NCBI GenBank assembly: GCA_947630215.1
Contig: CANRGX010000005.1
Coordinates: 11,201 to 75,200 of the forward strand
Source: an uncultured Eisenbergiella sp.
Lineage (GTDB): Bacteria > Bacillota > Clostridia > Lachnospirales > Lachnospiraceae
DNA length: 64,000 nt
Direction: 5' to 3'
The notes under the pieces were generated by a model. The model was not told the DNA's origin. It saw only the letters and a program-made list of their open reading frames with translations, and ran no database searches. Numbering within the stretch: the stretch's first letter is position 1; every line of letters starts with the position of its first letter. Below, in pieces: positions 37,293 to 46,734 of this stretch. A program made the translations under genes and the position numbers.

Positions 37293-39704
37293 TCAGTCCT
37301 TATCCAGCCGCATGGTCAGACTGATCCGTTTCTTTGCCAGATCCACGTCCAGCACCTTGACCTCCACAACATCTCCGACGCTGACCGCCTCCAGCGGATG
37401 CCGGATAAAGCGATCCGTAATACGGGAAATATGCACCAGCCCGTCCTGATGGACGCCGATATCCACAAACACACCGAAGTCGATAACGTTGCGCACCGTG
37501 CCCTTTAAAATCATGCCGGGCTTTAAGTCCTTCATCTCCATCACGTCGCTGCGCAGAATGGGAGAGGGCATATTTTCCCTCGGGTCGCGCGCGGGCTTTT
37601 CCAGTTCCTTTAAAATATCCTCCAGCGTCGGTTCTCCGATTCCCAGCTCCTGGGCCAATTTTTTCTTATCTGTTATCCGCTGCTCCAGCAAAGAGACGTT
37701 TTTGCCTTCCGGCCGTGGCTGCTGCATCTTCTTCAGCTGCGACTGTTTCTGCTCCTGCTGCGGCTGCTGCATCTGCTCCATCTGTCCCATGGCCGCCGCC
37801 AGCGCTTTGCCCATGGCGGTATTCGTATTGCGGATCACAAAGCTGCCCTGCCGTCTGCCGCCGGACTGCTTTCCCTTTTCTGCTTTTCCTTTTTCTGTGT
37901 TTCCTTTTGCTGCGTTTCCTTTGCCTGCACCATCCGTTTCCTGCCGGGTCTTTTGGGCCTGCAGTTTTTTCACATCCTCCAGCGTCAGTCCCAGCTTTTC
38001 CAGCAGCTGCTGTACGGCCGCATAGGACTCCGGATGTACGCTGGTGGCGTCCAGCGGGTTATCTCCGTCCGTAATGCGCATAAAGCCCGCGCACTGTTCA
38101 TACGCCTTGGGCCCAAGCTTGGCCACATGCAGAAGCTGTCTGCGATCCATAAACCGGCCGTTTTTCTCCCGGTATTCCACAATATTTTTTGCCAGCGCCC
38201 GGCTCACGCCGGATATATAGGAAAGCAGGGATACGGAAGCCGTATTCAGATCCACGCCCACCCGGTTCACGCAGTCTTCCACCACACCGTTGAGCGCTTC
38301 CCCCAGTTTCTTCTGGTTCATGTCATGCTGATACTGTCCCACGCCGATGGACTTGGGATCGATCTTTACCAGCTCCGCCAGCGGATCCTGCAGGCGGCGG
38401 GCAATGGACGCCGCGCTGCGCTGTCCCACATCGAAATTGGGAAATTCCTCCGTGGCCAGCTTGCTGGCGGAATAGACCGACGCGCCCGCTTCACTGACGA
38501 TCACATACTGCAGCGGACGCTTCTGTTCGCGGATCAGTTCCGCAATCACCTGTTCGGATTCCCGGGACGCCGTGCCGTTGCCCAAAGAGATCAGCGTGAC
38601 CCCGTATTTGTCGATGAGGCGCACCAGCTCGCGCTTGGCCTCCTCCACCTTATTCTGGGGAGCGGTCGGATAAATCACCTTGGTATCCAGCACCTTGCCG
38701 GTGGCGTCCACCACCGCCAGCTTACAGCCTGTCCGAAAGGCCGGATCCCAGCCCAGCACCACCCGTCCCGCAATAGGGGGCTGCATCAAAAGCTGCTGCA
38801 GATTTTTGCCAAATACGCCAATCGCGCCCTCCTGGGCCTTCTCCGTCAGTTCGTTGCGGATTTCCCTCTCGATAGCGGGCGCAATGAGCCGGTCATAGCT
38901 GTCGGCGATCACCTCCCGCAGCACCGGGGATGTGATGGGATTCTCTTTCGTGATCACCTGTTTTTCCAAATACCCCAGAATACGCTCTACAGGCGCCTCG
39001 ATTTTTACCGTCAGGACCTTCTCTGCCTCTCCCCGGTTCATGGCCAGGATCCGGTGCCCTGCCGCCTTTTTGACGGGCTCCTCGTAGTCGTAATACATCT
39101 CGTATACGCTGTCCGTCTTTTTCTCCCGGGCGGCGCTGACGATCCTGCCTTCTTCAAAGGTCAGGTTCCGGATAAAGATGCGGTGATCCGCTTCGTCGGA
39201 AATTTGCTCCGCCAGAATATCCTTTGCGCCCTGCAGGGCCTCGGATACATCTGTGGCCCCCTTTTCTCCCCCGATATATTTTTCCGCTTCTTTCTCCAGC
39301 GGCGTTTCTGTCTCCTGCTGCCAGATCAGATCCGCCAGTCCTTCCAGTCCCTTTTCCTTTGCCACACTGGCCCTGGTCTTTCTCTTGGGACGGTAAGGGC
39401 GGTACAGATCCTCCACCACTACCAGCGTTTCGGCCGCCAGAATCCGCTCTTTTAACTCTGGCGTCAGCTTTCCCTGTTCCTCGATGCTTTTGAGAACAGA
39501 CTCCTTCTTTTCCTCCAGATTGCGCAGATATTGCAGCCGTTCGTCCAGGTTGCGCAGCACCTCGTCGTTTAAGGAGCCGGTGGCTTCCTTTCGGTAACGG
39601 GAAATAAACGGGATCGTGTTGCCCTCGTCGATGAGCTTTACAGCGGCTTCCACCTGCCAGCGCTCTACCTTCAGTTCGTCTTTCAGCCTGTTTAAAATAT
39701 CCAT
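37293..39704 (-). CDS. tex: Tex-family transcription accessory protein (YqgF-like, HhH, S1)
   Basis: 'GNTIPFISRYRKEATG', 'DPAFRTGCK', 'IGVGQYQHD', C-terminal S1 'GTVRNVIDFGVFVDIG..QDGLVHIS'. Confidence 0.92.
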   Translation of the reverse strand: MDILNRLKDELKVERWQVEAAVKLIDEGNTIPFISRYRKEATGSLNDEVLRNLDERLQYLRNLEEKKESVLKSIEEQGKLTPELKERILAAETLVVVEDLYRPYRPKRKTRASVAKEKGLEGLADLIWQQETETPLEKEAEKYIGGEKGATDVSEALQGAKDILAEQISDEADHRIFIRNLTFEEGRIVSAAREKKTDSVYEMYYDYEEPVKKAAGHRILAMNRGEAEKVLTVKIEAPVERILGYLEKQVITKENPITSPVLREVIADSYDRLIAPAIEREIRNELTEKAQEGAIGVFGKNLQQLLMQPPIAGRVVLGWDPAFRTGCKLAVVDATGKVLDTKVIYPTAPQNKVEEAKRELVRLIDKYGVTLISLGNGTASRESEQVIAELIREQKRPLQYVIVSEAGASVYSASKLATEEFPNFDVGQRSAASIARRLQDPLAELVKIDPKSIGVGQYQHDMNQKKLGEALNGVVEDCVNRVGVDLNTASVSLLSYISGVSRALAKNIVEYREKNGRFMDRRQLLHVAKLGPKAYEQCAGFMRITDGDNPLDATSVHPESYAAVQQLLEKLGLTLEDVKKLQAQKTRQETDGAGKGNAAKGNTEKGKAEKGKQSGGRRQGSFVIRNTNTAMGKALAAAMGQMEQMQQPQQEQKQSQLKKMQQPRPEGKNVSLLEQRITDKKKLAQELGIGEPTLEDILKELEKPARDPRENMPSPILRSDVMEMKDLKPGMILKGTVRNVIDFGVFVDIGVHQDGLVHISRITDRFIRHPLEAVSVGDVVEVKVLDVDLAKKRISLTMRLDKD

Positions 39705-39794
39705 TCTTTCCTCCCTGTCCGGAACTGTTTCCGGGTCTAGTATACTGTAAAAAGGCTGCGTTTGGCAAGACGAACCCTCATTCTGACAAAACTC

Positions 39795-40046
39795 CTATTC
39801 CTGATCCAGAAGTCGATCATACGAAACCCTCAGCACCTTGGAAAACCCCCGGATCTCAATATCCGTCACAAAGCGCTGACCGGACTCAATCCGCTGAATT
39901 GCATTCTTATCCAGTTCAATCCCCTCCAACTGCATTTTGTCCGCCAGCCCCCGCTGGGACAGTTTGGGAGAAATGGCCTTCCGGCATTTTGCAATGTTTT
40001 CTCCGGAAATATTGTTTTTCCCCGAAAGAGACTTATTCTTGAACAT
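39795..40046 (-). CDS. Small XRE-family HTH regulator
   Basis: 'NISGENIAKCR...LSQRGLADKMQLEGI.LDKNAIQRIESGQRFVTDIE'; RBS AGGAGG. Confidence 0.85.
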   Translation of the reverse strand: MFKNKSLSGKNNISGENIAKCRKAISPKLSQRGLADKMQLEGIELDKNAIQRIESGQRFVTDIEIRGFSKVLRVSYDRLLDQE

Positions 40047-40059
40047 ATCTGCCTCCTGT

Positions 40060-40133
40060 TTGACATTTTGTGCTTGTCATTTACAAAATTATATGCTATG
40101 CTTTATGCAAAATTGACATTCACTAAATGTCAA
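40060..40133. promoter_or_regulatory. Two dyad operators (TTGACATT-N5-AATGTCAA) around the lipoprotein promoter
   Basis: Perfect site 40113-40133; imperfect site 40060-40080 overlapping the -35 of TTGTCA-17-TATGCT (40074-40102). Confidence 0.65.
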
Positions 40134-40155
40134 AATAGAAAGGAGTAATCCCCAG

Positions 40156-41457
40156 ATGCACAAAAAGAAAACAGAACGGCATGCCAGAAAATGGATTGGC
40201 CTGCTTCTCGCAGTCTGTATGCTGGCAACAGGCTGCGGCGCAGCAAAAGAAACGAACACGTTAAGAGAAACAGAAGCAGGAACTGTAGAGGGAAAGATAG
40301 AGACGACAGAAACGGAAAGTACCCCCATCGAGGAAACAGATGAAGCTGTCAGCGAATCTACAGTCGTTTATGACAGTTCTCAATATGAGTTTCTGCTTTA
40401 TCAGAAGCCTGGCGAGGATAAAGACCCTTTTATCGGATTTAACATTCCGGATGGATATGGCATTGTCAACTTTTCAACAGAAGTGATTGTACTCTATTCC
40501 TCCTCCACGGAACAATATCCAGCATATCGTTTCAATTTGAAAGATCTGCAAACCGGCGATACATATTGGCTTGAAATCGGATGCGACCCAGCATACGGTT
40601 ATGAAATTTCATCGGATAACATCCTGTCCCGGAAAAACACGTCCGCCCCCGACAACGTGACCACTGTGGAAAAGATGAAAGAATACGAGGGCCCCCTGGG
40701 CACGATGGATCTCTATTTTGAAACCACAGAGCATCCGGAGGATGACCACACAGAAGCTTACACGGATCATGCGGAAATCGCCCTATTGCCTTCCGACAAC
40801 AATAATTTTTATATCCGTTTTGAAATGGTTGACCCTTTCGCTATGTATGCTGACAAAAAAAGCACTGTTACAGAAAAGGAAACTACCTATGCCGGCAATC
40901 TGGAAAGGCTTCTGCCAGAACTATTTCTTCCCGCAGATCAATCTGTGAACCAGCTTCCCTCTCTCACAGGCGGCACTGTCACCGTAGGGCCGGAGTATGA
41001 CTATACAATCAATGCAACTGGTAAGGATACCGCAGCGGTTGGGCTGTATGTCCCCTCCGGATACACGGTAAATCACAGCGGCGGTTGGAACGATGATATC
41101 TTAATGACCAAGGATTTTTACACTACACAGATTGAAGTAACCACGATGAAAGTTGAGCTTTTCCGTTACTTTAAAAGAACCAACAAGTGGATAAACGGTG
41201 GCACATGGCAAAGCGGAGAAAACGTATTACACGATGTCCGGGAAGTGGGAGAAACCGATACCCACTTTGGAAAGGCCAAGCTCTATTATGTGGAATGGGA
41301 ATCGCTCGACGGCAGTTCTCTCACCAATGAAGAAGAAATCGCGCTGCTTAACAATAACGGCGTCGATGTTCTGGTCATATACAGGAATACCAATGCGCCC
41401 TGCGACGGAGAATATGATGCGCAGCTTGAGGCCCTGCTGCCGGAACTGTTCGGCTGA
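40156..41457 (+). CDS. Lipoprotein with two homologous ~180-aa domains, function unknown
   Basis: Lipobox 'LATGC'; Glu/Thr-rich linker; paired motifs 'GFNIPDGY/GLYVPSGY', 'EIALL/EIALL' and 'LERLLPELF/LEALLPELF'. Confidence 0.7.
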   Translation: MHKKKTERHARKWIGLLLAVCMLATGCGAAKETNTLRETEAGTVEGKIETTETESTPIEETDEAVSESTVVYDSSQYEFLLYQKPGEDKDPFIGFNIPDGYGIVNFSTEVIVLYSSSTEQYPAYRFNLKDLQTGDTYWLEIGCDPAYGYEISSDNILSRKNTSAPDNVTTVEKMKEYEGPLGTMDLYFETTEHPEDDHTEAYTDHAEIALLPSDNNNFYIRFEMVDPFAMYADKKSTVTEKETTYAGNLERLLPELFLPADQSVNQLPSLTGGTVTVGPEYDYTINATGKDTAAVGLYVPSGYTVNHSGGWNDDILMTKDFYTTQIEVTTMKVELFRYFKRTNKWINGGTWQSGENVLHDVREVGETDTHFGKAKLYYVEWESLDGSSLTNEEEIALLNNNGVDVLVIYRNTNAPCDGEYDAQLEALLPELFG

Positions 41458-41497
41458 TCCTGCTCCTGCAGGAATAACTGTTTCCTGACTTCATACA

Positions 41498-41542
41498 AAG
41501 AGACAGATCCCGGTCTTATGGCCGCGCACCTGTCTCTTTTTT
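41498..41542 (+). terminator. Intrinsic terminator
   Basis: AGAGACAG...CTGTCTCT followed by a T run. Confidence 0.55.
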
Positions 41543-41626
41543 GCCCCTTCTCACTTCACATATTTTTCATTTGTATCCGCTGGGAAAAAGTGGTATGCTG
41601 TCCTCAGAAGGAAAGGATAGGATAGT

Positions 41627-42061
41627 ATGGACGAGTATCGTAATCAAAACGAACAACCGCAGGAAACAGGGGCCCAACAGGCTCCGCCCGTCGTCTGGGG
41701 CCGGGGCTTTGCAACGGCATCGCTGGTCTTTGGCATTCTGGCGCTGCTTAGCACCTTCACCATGACCGTTGCCCTGCCTGTCTTTTTCGGGAGCATGGCC
41801 GTCATTCTGGGCATTCTCTCCCGGGGGAAGCAGACAATCTGGCCAAACAACGCACTGGCAGGCGTCATTGTGGGCGTCTGCACCGTTGTCATCAATATTG
41901 CCCTGGGGGTGGGCTCTGTCTATCTCTTTTTTTCCAACACCGATCTGCAGGCCCAGTACTGGGACATGGTAAATGAAAGCTACGAACAGATCACCGGTAT
42001 GACGTTAGACGAATTTCTGGAAAGCTACGGGCTGGACGCCGATATGCTCCCCGGCCGGTAA
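41627..42061 (+). CDS. DUF4190-like membrane protein
   Basis: 'ATASLVFGILAL', 'AVILGILS', 'ALAGVIVG'; three hydrophobic segments. Confidence 0.7.
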   Translation: MDEYRNQNEQPQETGAQQAPPVVWGRGFATASLVFGILALLSTFTMTVALPVFFGSMAVILGILSRGKQTIWPNNALAGVIVGVCTVVINIALGVGSVYLFFSNTDLQAQYWDMVNESYEQITGMTLDEFLESYGLDADMLPGR

Positions 42062-42140
42062 AACAGTCTGTCTGCCCGGCCAAACCTGCCCGGGCCGGAC
42101 GCCGTTTCTTTCCCTTTATCCTAAACCGAGGTAACCGCTT

Positions 42141-42857
42141 ATGAACCGATATGCAACCAGGGCCGAGTTGAAAGCCAGCGCGAGAGGGGCGCTGCTGGGC
42201 CGCTATTTTTCCCTCTCCGGCGCTTTTCTCACCTATGCGCTGCTGCAGTACCTGATCACCATTCCGTCTTCCCTGATGCAGTTTTCGCCGCCTTTTGGCC
42301 TGATTCTCTATTATGGTCTGAGTTTTGTGCTGGAGCTGTTTTACGGCGTCATACAGGCGGGCATTTCCTACTTGTTTTTAAGCAATGCCTGCGGCCGCCC
42401 CGTCAGCATGAACGGTATCTTCTGGGCCTTCTGGAACAATCCCGGGCGCGCCGTCTGCATCCGCTTTTTCCCGGCGCTTTTACTGCTGATTCCCTCCATC
42501 GCGCCCAATATCTGCCTTGCGCAGTTTGCTTCCACGCGTAGCGGACAGTGGCTGATCTACGGCGCCGCCGTTTCGCTCCTGCTGCTTCCCTTCGTCCTGT
42601 TTGTGGAAATCCTCTATTCCCAGGCGTACTACGTTATGCTGGACTTTCCCGAAATGGAAGCCTGGGACTGTCTCCGGTATTCCCGCAGGCTCATGAAGGG
42701 AAATATGCTGCGCTTCCTCTGGCTTCGGCTGAGTTTTCTCCCGCTTCTGCTTCTGGGCATCTTCAGCTGTGGCCTCGGCCTTTTATATGTCTATCCCTAC
42801 CGAGAACAGACCTACGCCAACTTTTATCTGGATCTGATCGAAAAGAAGCAGGCGTAA
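42141..42857 (+). CDS. DUF975 family membrane protein
   Basis: 'RAELKASARGAL.G', 'YSQAYYVMLD', 'SRRLMKGN..RFLWL.LSF', 'YVYPY..QTYANFY'. Confidence 0.85.
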   Translation: MNRYATRAELKASARGALLGRYFSLSGAFLTYALLQYLITIPSSLMQFSPPFGLILYYGLSFVLELFYGVIQAGISYLFLSNACGRPVSMNGIFWAFWNNPGRAVCIRFFPALLLLIPSIAPNICLAQFASTRSGQWLIYGAAVSLLLLPFVLFVEILYSQAYYVMLDFPEMEAWDCLRYSRRLMKGNMLRFLWLRLSFLPLLLLGIFSCGLGLLYVYPYREQTYANFYLDLIEKKQA

Positions 42858-42893
42858 TGCCTGCTTCCCGTCAAAAGGAACTCTGCCATTTTC

Positions 42894-44027
42894 TCAGCCG
42901 TTTTCTCCGTCCGGCTTTTTCGCACTGACCCATTTCAAATACGCGTTGATAAACGGATCCAGGTCTCCGTCCAGCACGCCGTCGGCGTTGGACACCTCCT
43001 GATTGGTGCGCAGATCCTTCACCAGCTTGTAAGGCTGCAGCACATAGGAGCGGATCTGGTTGCCCCAGGCGATATCCTTCACTTCGCCCCGGATATCCGA
43101 CAGCTTCTCCGCGTTGGCCTCCTGCTTGAGCAGATACAGCTTTGCCTTCAGCATCTGCATGGCCTTGTCCTTATTCTGGAACTGGGATCGTTCGTTCTGG
43201 CACTGTACCACCACGCCTGTGGGAAGGTGCGTGATACGCACGGCGGAGGAAGTTTTATTGATATGCTGGCCGCCGGCGCCGCTGCTGCGGTAGGTATCGA
43301 CGCGCAGATCCTCCGGGTTGATCTCAATATCCAGATCCTCCTCGATGTCCGGCATCACATCCAGCGACACAAAGGAAGTCTGCCTTTTCCCCTGGGCGTT
43401 AAAAGGGGAAATCCGCACCAGCCGGTGCACGCCCTTTTCCGATTTCAAATATCCGTAGGCGTTTTCGCCGTTCACCTGGAAGGTCACGGATTTGATGCCC
43501 GCCTCGTCCCCGTCCAGATAGTCCAGCACTTCCACAGAAAATCCCTTTTTCTCCGCCCAGCGGGTATACATCCGGTAAAGCATACCGCACCAGTCGCAGC
43601 TTTCCGTTCCGCCCGCCCCGGCGTTGAGCTTTAAGATCGCGTCGCACTTGTCATATTCGCCGGAAAGCAGAGTGGAAATGCGCAGTTCATCCAGCTTCTC
43701 CACAAACTGTGTCAGCTCGCCCCGGATCTCCTCCGTCATCTCCGGGTCTTCTTCCTCATAGCCCATTTCAATGAGCGTCTCAATATCCGAATACTGCGTC
43801 CGCAGCGCTTCGCACAGATCCCGCGTGTCCTTTAAATTCTTCAGTTCTTTCATCTTGCGGTTGGAGGACTCCGGATCGTCCCAGAAGCCGGGGGATTCCA
43901 GCTCCATTTCCAGTTCCTCTATCCGTTTGCTCTTACCGTCCAGATCCAGGGAATCCGTCACTTCCTGCAGCATCCCCTCATAGCTTTGCAGCTCAAACTT
44001 CATCTGGTCGAGTTCTACCATTGCCAT
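42894..44027 (-). CDS. prfB: Peptide chain release factor 2, continuous ORF without programmed frameshift
   Basis: SPF motif 'LVRISPFN', 'GAGGQHINKT'; follows secA; reads GAT TCC CTG GAT CTG where CTT TGA C is usually found. Confidence 0.95.
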   Translation of the reverse strand: MAMVELDQMKFELQSYEGMLQEVTDSLDLDGKSKRIEELEMELESPGFWDDPESSNRKMKELKNLKDTRDLCEALRTQYSDIETLIEMGYEEEDPEMTEEIRGELTQFVEKLDELRISTLLSGEYDKCDAILKLNAGAGGTESCDWCGMLYRMYTRWAEKKGFSVEVLDYLDGDEAGIKSVTFQVNGENAYGYLKSEKGVHRLVRISPFNAQGKRQTSFVSLDVMPDIEEDLDIEINPEDLRVDTYRSSGAGGQHINKTSSAVRITHLPTGVVVQCQNERSQFQNKDKAMQMLKAKLYLLKQEANAEKLSDIRGEVKDIAWGNQIRSYVLQPYKLVKDLRTNQEVSNADGVLDGDLDPFINAYLKWVSAKKPDGENG

Positions 44028-44044
44028 CTTACAAAAACTCCTTC

Positions 44045-46612
44045 TTATTTGCCGCGTCCGCAGCAGTTTTTATACTTTTTCCCGCTGCCGCAGGGACAGG
44101 GATCGTTGGGATACACCTTCATCTTTTCCCGTTTCACCGGTTTCTTCGGGCCGGAATCGTCCTTGTTTGTTCCCGTCACCTTGGCCACCTGTTCCCGCTC
44201 CACCTTCTGCTCGATGCGGATATGGCAGAGTACGCGGACGGTATCCTCCTTGATGCTTTCGGTCATATTGTCGAACATCTCGTACCCGCTCATCTTGTAT
44301 TCCACCAGCGGATCGCGCTGGCCGTATGCCTGCAGGCCGATGCCCTGTCGGAGCTGCTCCATGTCGTCGATATGGGTCATCCATTTCCGGTCGATCACCT
44401 TGAGCAAAATGACGCGCTCCGCCTCCCGGATCAGTTCCGGATTGGGGAACTCCGCTTCCTTGGCTTCGTAAAACTTTACCGCTTCCTCTTTGAGCTGCTG
44501 CTTTAAGCCGTTGCGCTTCGGATTCGCAACGCGTTCCCTGGTAATAGGCTCCAGCGGGATGATGGGAAGCAGGAGGGAGTTGAGTTCTCCGAAATTCCAG
44601 TCTTCCACGCCCGCATCCTCGCCGATCACCATGTCCACCGTATTGTCCACGATGTCCGTCAGCATCTTATAGATGGAGTCGCGCATACTTTCGCCGTCCA
44701 GCACCCGGCGGCGCTCCGCGTAGATGATCTCACGCTGTTCGTTCATCACCTGGTCGTATTCCAGCAGATTTTTCCGGATGCCGAAGTTATTGCCCTCAAT
44801 CTTCTTCTGCGCGTTTTCAATGGCCTTGGTCAGCATCTTGTGCTCGATCTCCTGCCCCTCCGGGATCCCCAGGGCGTTAAACATGGAGATCATCTTCTCG
44901 GAGCCGAACAGCCGCATGAGATCGTCCTCCAGGGAAATAAAGAACTTGGATTCCCCCGGATCCCCCTGCCGTCCGGAACGGCCGCGCAGCTGATTGTCGA
45001 TACGACGGGATTCATGGCGCTCGGTGCCGATGATCTTTAAACCGCCCGCCGCCTTGGCTTCCTCGTCCAGCTTGATATCCGTACCACGGCCGGCCATATT
45101 GGTGGCGATGGTCACCGCCCCGTGCAGACCGGCGTCCGCTACGATTTCCGCTTCCAGTTCATGGAATTTCGCATTCAAAACCTTATGCGCGATTCCTTCC
45201 CGGCGCAGCATACCGGAGAGCTCCTCGGAGGCCTCGATGGTGATGGTGCCCACCAGAACGGGCTGCCCTTTCGCGTGGGCCTCCTTCACCGCCTCCACAA
45301 TGGCGTGGAGCTTTTCCCTCCGGGTCTTATACACCGCGTCATGGTGATCGATACGGATCACGGGCCGATTGGTGGGCGTCTCCACCACGTCCATGCCGTA
45401 GATATCCCGGAATTCCCTTTCTTCCGTCAGGGCCGTACCGGTCATGCCCGCCTTTTTTTCAAATTTATTGAAGAAATTCTGAAAGGTGATGGTGGCCAGC
45501 GTCTTGCTTTCCCGCTTCACCTTCACGTGCTCCTTGGCCTCGATGGCCTGGTGCAGGCCGTCGGAATACCGCCGTCCCGGCATGATACGGCCCGTAAATT
45601 CGTCCACGATGAGCACCTGATCGTCCTTGACCACATAGTCCTTGTCCCGGTGCATCAGATTGTGGGCACGCAGCGCCAGAATGATGTTGTTCTGGATTTC
45701 CAGATTGTCGGAATCCGCCAGGTTATCGATGTGGAAAAACTTCTCGACTCTGCTGATGCCCTCGGCGGTCAGATTGACCACCTTATCCTTTTCATTGACG
45801 ACAAAGTCGCCGGTCTCCTCCTGCTCGATGCCCATGATGGCATCCATCTTGGACAAGTCTTCCATATCCTTCCCGCGCTTTAACTGCCGGGCCAGAATAT
45901 CGCAGGCCTCGTACAGGCTGGTGGACTTCCCGCTCTGTCCGGAAATGATCAGCGGCGTGCGGGCTTCGTCGATGAGCACCGAGTCCACCTCGTCGATGAT
46001 GGCATAGTGCAGGCCCCGCTGTACCAGCTGTTCCTTATAAATCGCCATATTGTCCCGCAGATAATCAAACCCCAGTTCATTGTTGGTCACGTAGGTGATA
46101 TCGCAGGCATAGGCCGCCCGCCGTTCTTCCGAATTCATGCTGTTTAAGATGACGCCCACCTTCAGCCCCAGAAACTCGTGTACGGCGCCCATCCACTGGG
46201 CGTCGCGGGCCGCCAGATAGTCGTTGACCGTGACCACGTGTACGCCCTTGCCCTCCAGGGCGTTTAGATACGCTGGCAGGGTTGCCACCAGCGTCTTACC
46301 TTCACCGGTCTTCATCTCGGCGATACGACCCTGATGCAGGATCACGCCGCCCAGCAGCTGCACCCGGAAATGCTCCATGTTCAGTACGCGCCGCGCCGCC
46401 TCCCGGACTGCCGCGTAGGCCTCCGGCAGCAGATCGTCCAACGTCTCGCCGCCCGCAAGGCGCTCCTTAAATTCTCTCGTTTTATCCCTGAGCTGTTCGT
46501 CGCTCAGTTCCATCATGGCGGGCCTGAGCTGCTCGATTTTGTCCACGATAGGTTCGATCCGTTTGATTTCTCTTTCGCTGTGGGTTCCAAAGATTTTTTC
46601 AAATACACTCAT
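44045..46612 (-). CDS. secA: Preprotein translocase subunit SecA
   Basis: 'MKTGEGKT', 'DEVDS', 'TNMAGRGTD', '[10 protein letters not shown]', C-terminal '[14 protein letters not shown]'; start moved to MSVFEK. Confidence 0.97.
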   Translation of the reverse strand: MSVFEKIFGTHSEREIKRIEPIVDKIEQLRPAMMELSDEQLRDKTREFKERLAGGETLDDLLPEAYAAVREAARRVLNMEHFRVQLLGGVILHQGRIAEMKTGEGKTLVATLPAYLNALEGKGVHVVTVNDYLAARDAQWMGAVHEFLGLKVGVILNSMNSEERRAAYACDITYVTNNELGFDYLRDNMAIYKEQLVQRGLHYAIIDEVDSVLIDEARTPLIISGQSGKSTSLYEACDILARQLKRGKDMEDLSKMDAIMGIEQEETGDFVVNEKDKVVNLTAEGISRVEKFFHIDNLADSDNLEIQNNIILALRAHNLMHRDKDYVVKDDQVLIVDEFTGRIMPGRRYSDGLHQAIEAKEHVKVKRESKTLATITFQNFFNKFEKKAGMTGTALTEEREFRDIYGMDVVETPTNRPVIRIDHHDAVYKTRREKLHAIVEAVKEAHAKGQPVLVGTITIEASEELSGMLRREGIAHKVLNAKFHELEAEIVADAGLHGAVTIATNMAGRGTDIKLDEEAKAAGGLKIIGTERHESRRIDNQLRGRSGRQGDPGESKFFISLEDDLMRLFGSEKMISMFNALGIPEGQEIEHKMLTKAIENAQKKIEGNNFGIRKNLLEYDQVMNEQREIIYAERRRVLDGESMRDSIYKMLTDIVDNTVDMVIGEDAGVEDWNFGELNSLLLPIIPLEPITRERVANPKRNGLKQQLKEEAVKFYEAKEAEFPNPELIREAERVILLKVIDRKWMTHIDDMEQLRQGIGLQAYGQRDPLVEYKMSGYEMFDNMTESIKEDTVRVLCHIRIEQKVEREQVAKVTGTNKDDSGPKKPVKREKMKVYPNDPCPCGSGKKYKNCCGRGK

Positions 46613-46734
46613 TTGTCCCATCTCCAATCTCATCCTGTCCACATACAGACTAATGTATATTTTAGCAGATCCGCCGGGAAAAAGCAACAACGGCCTGCAC
46701 AGGCAGACCGTTGACACGTGATATGCTGTTTTCT

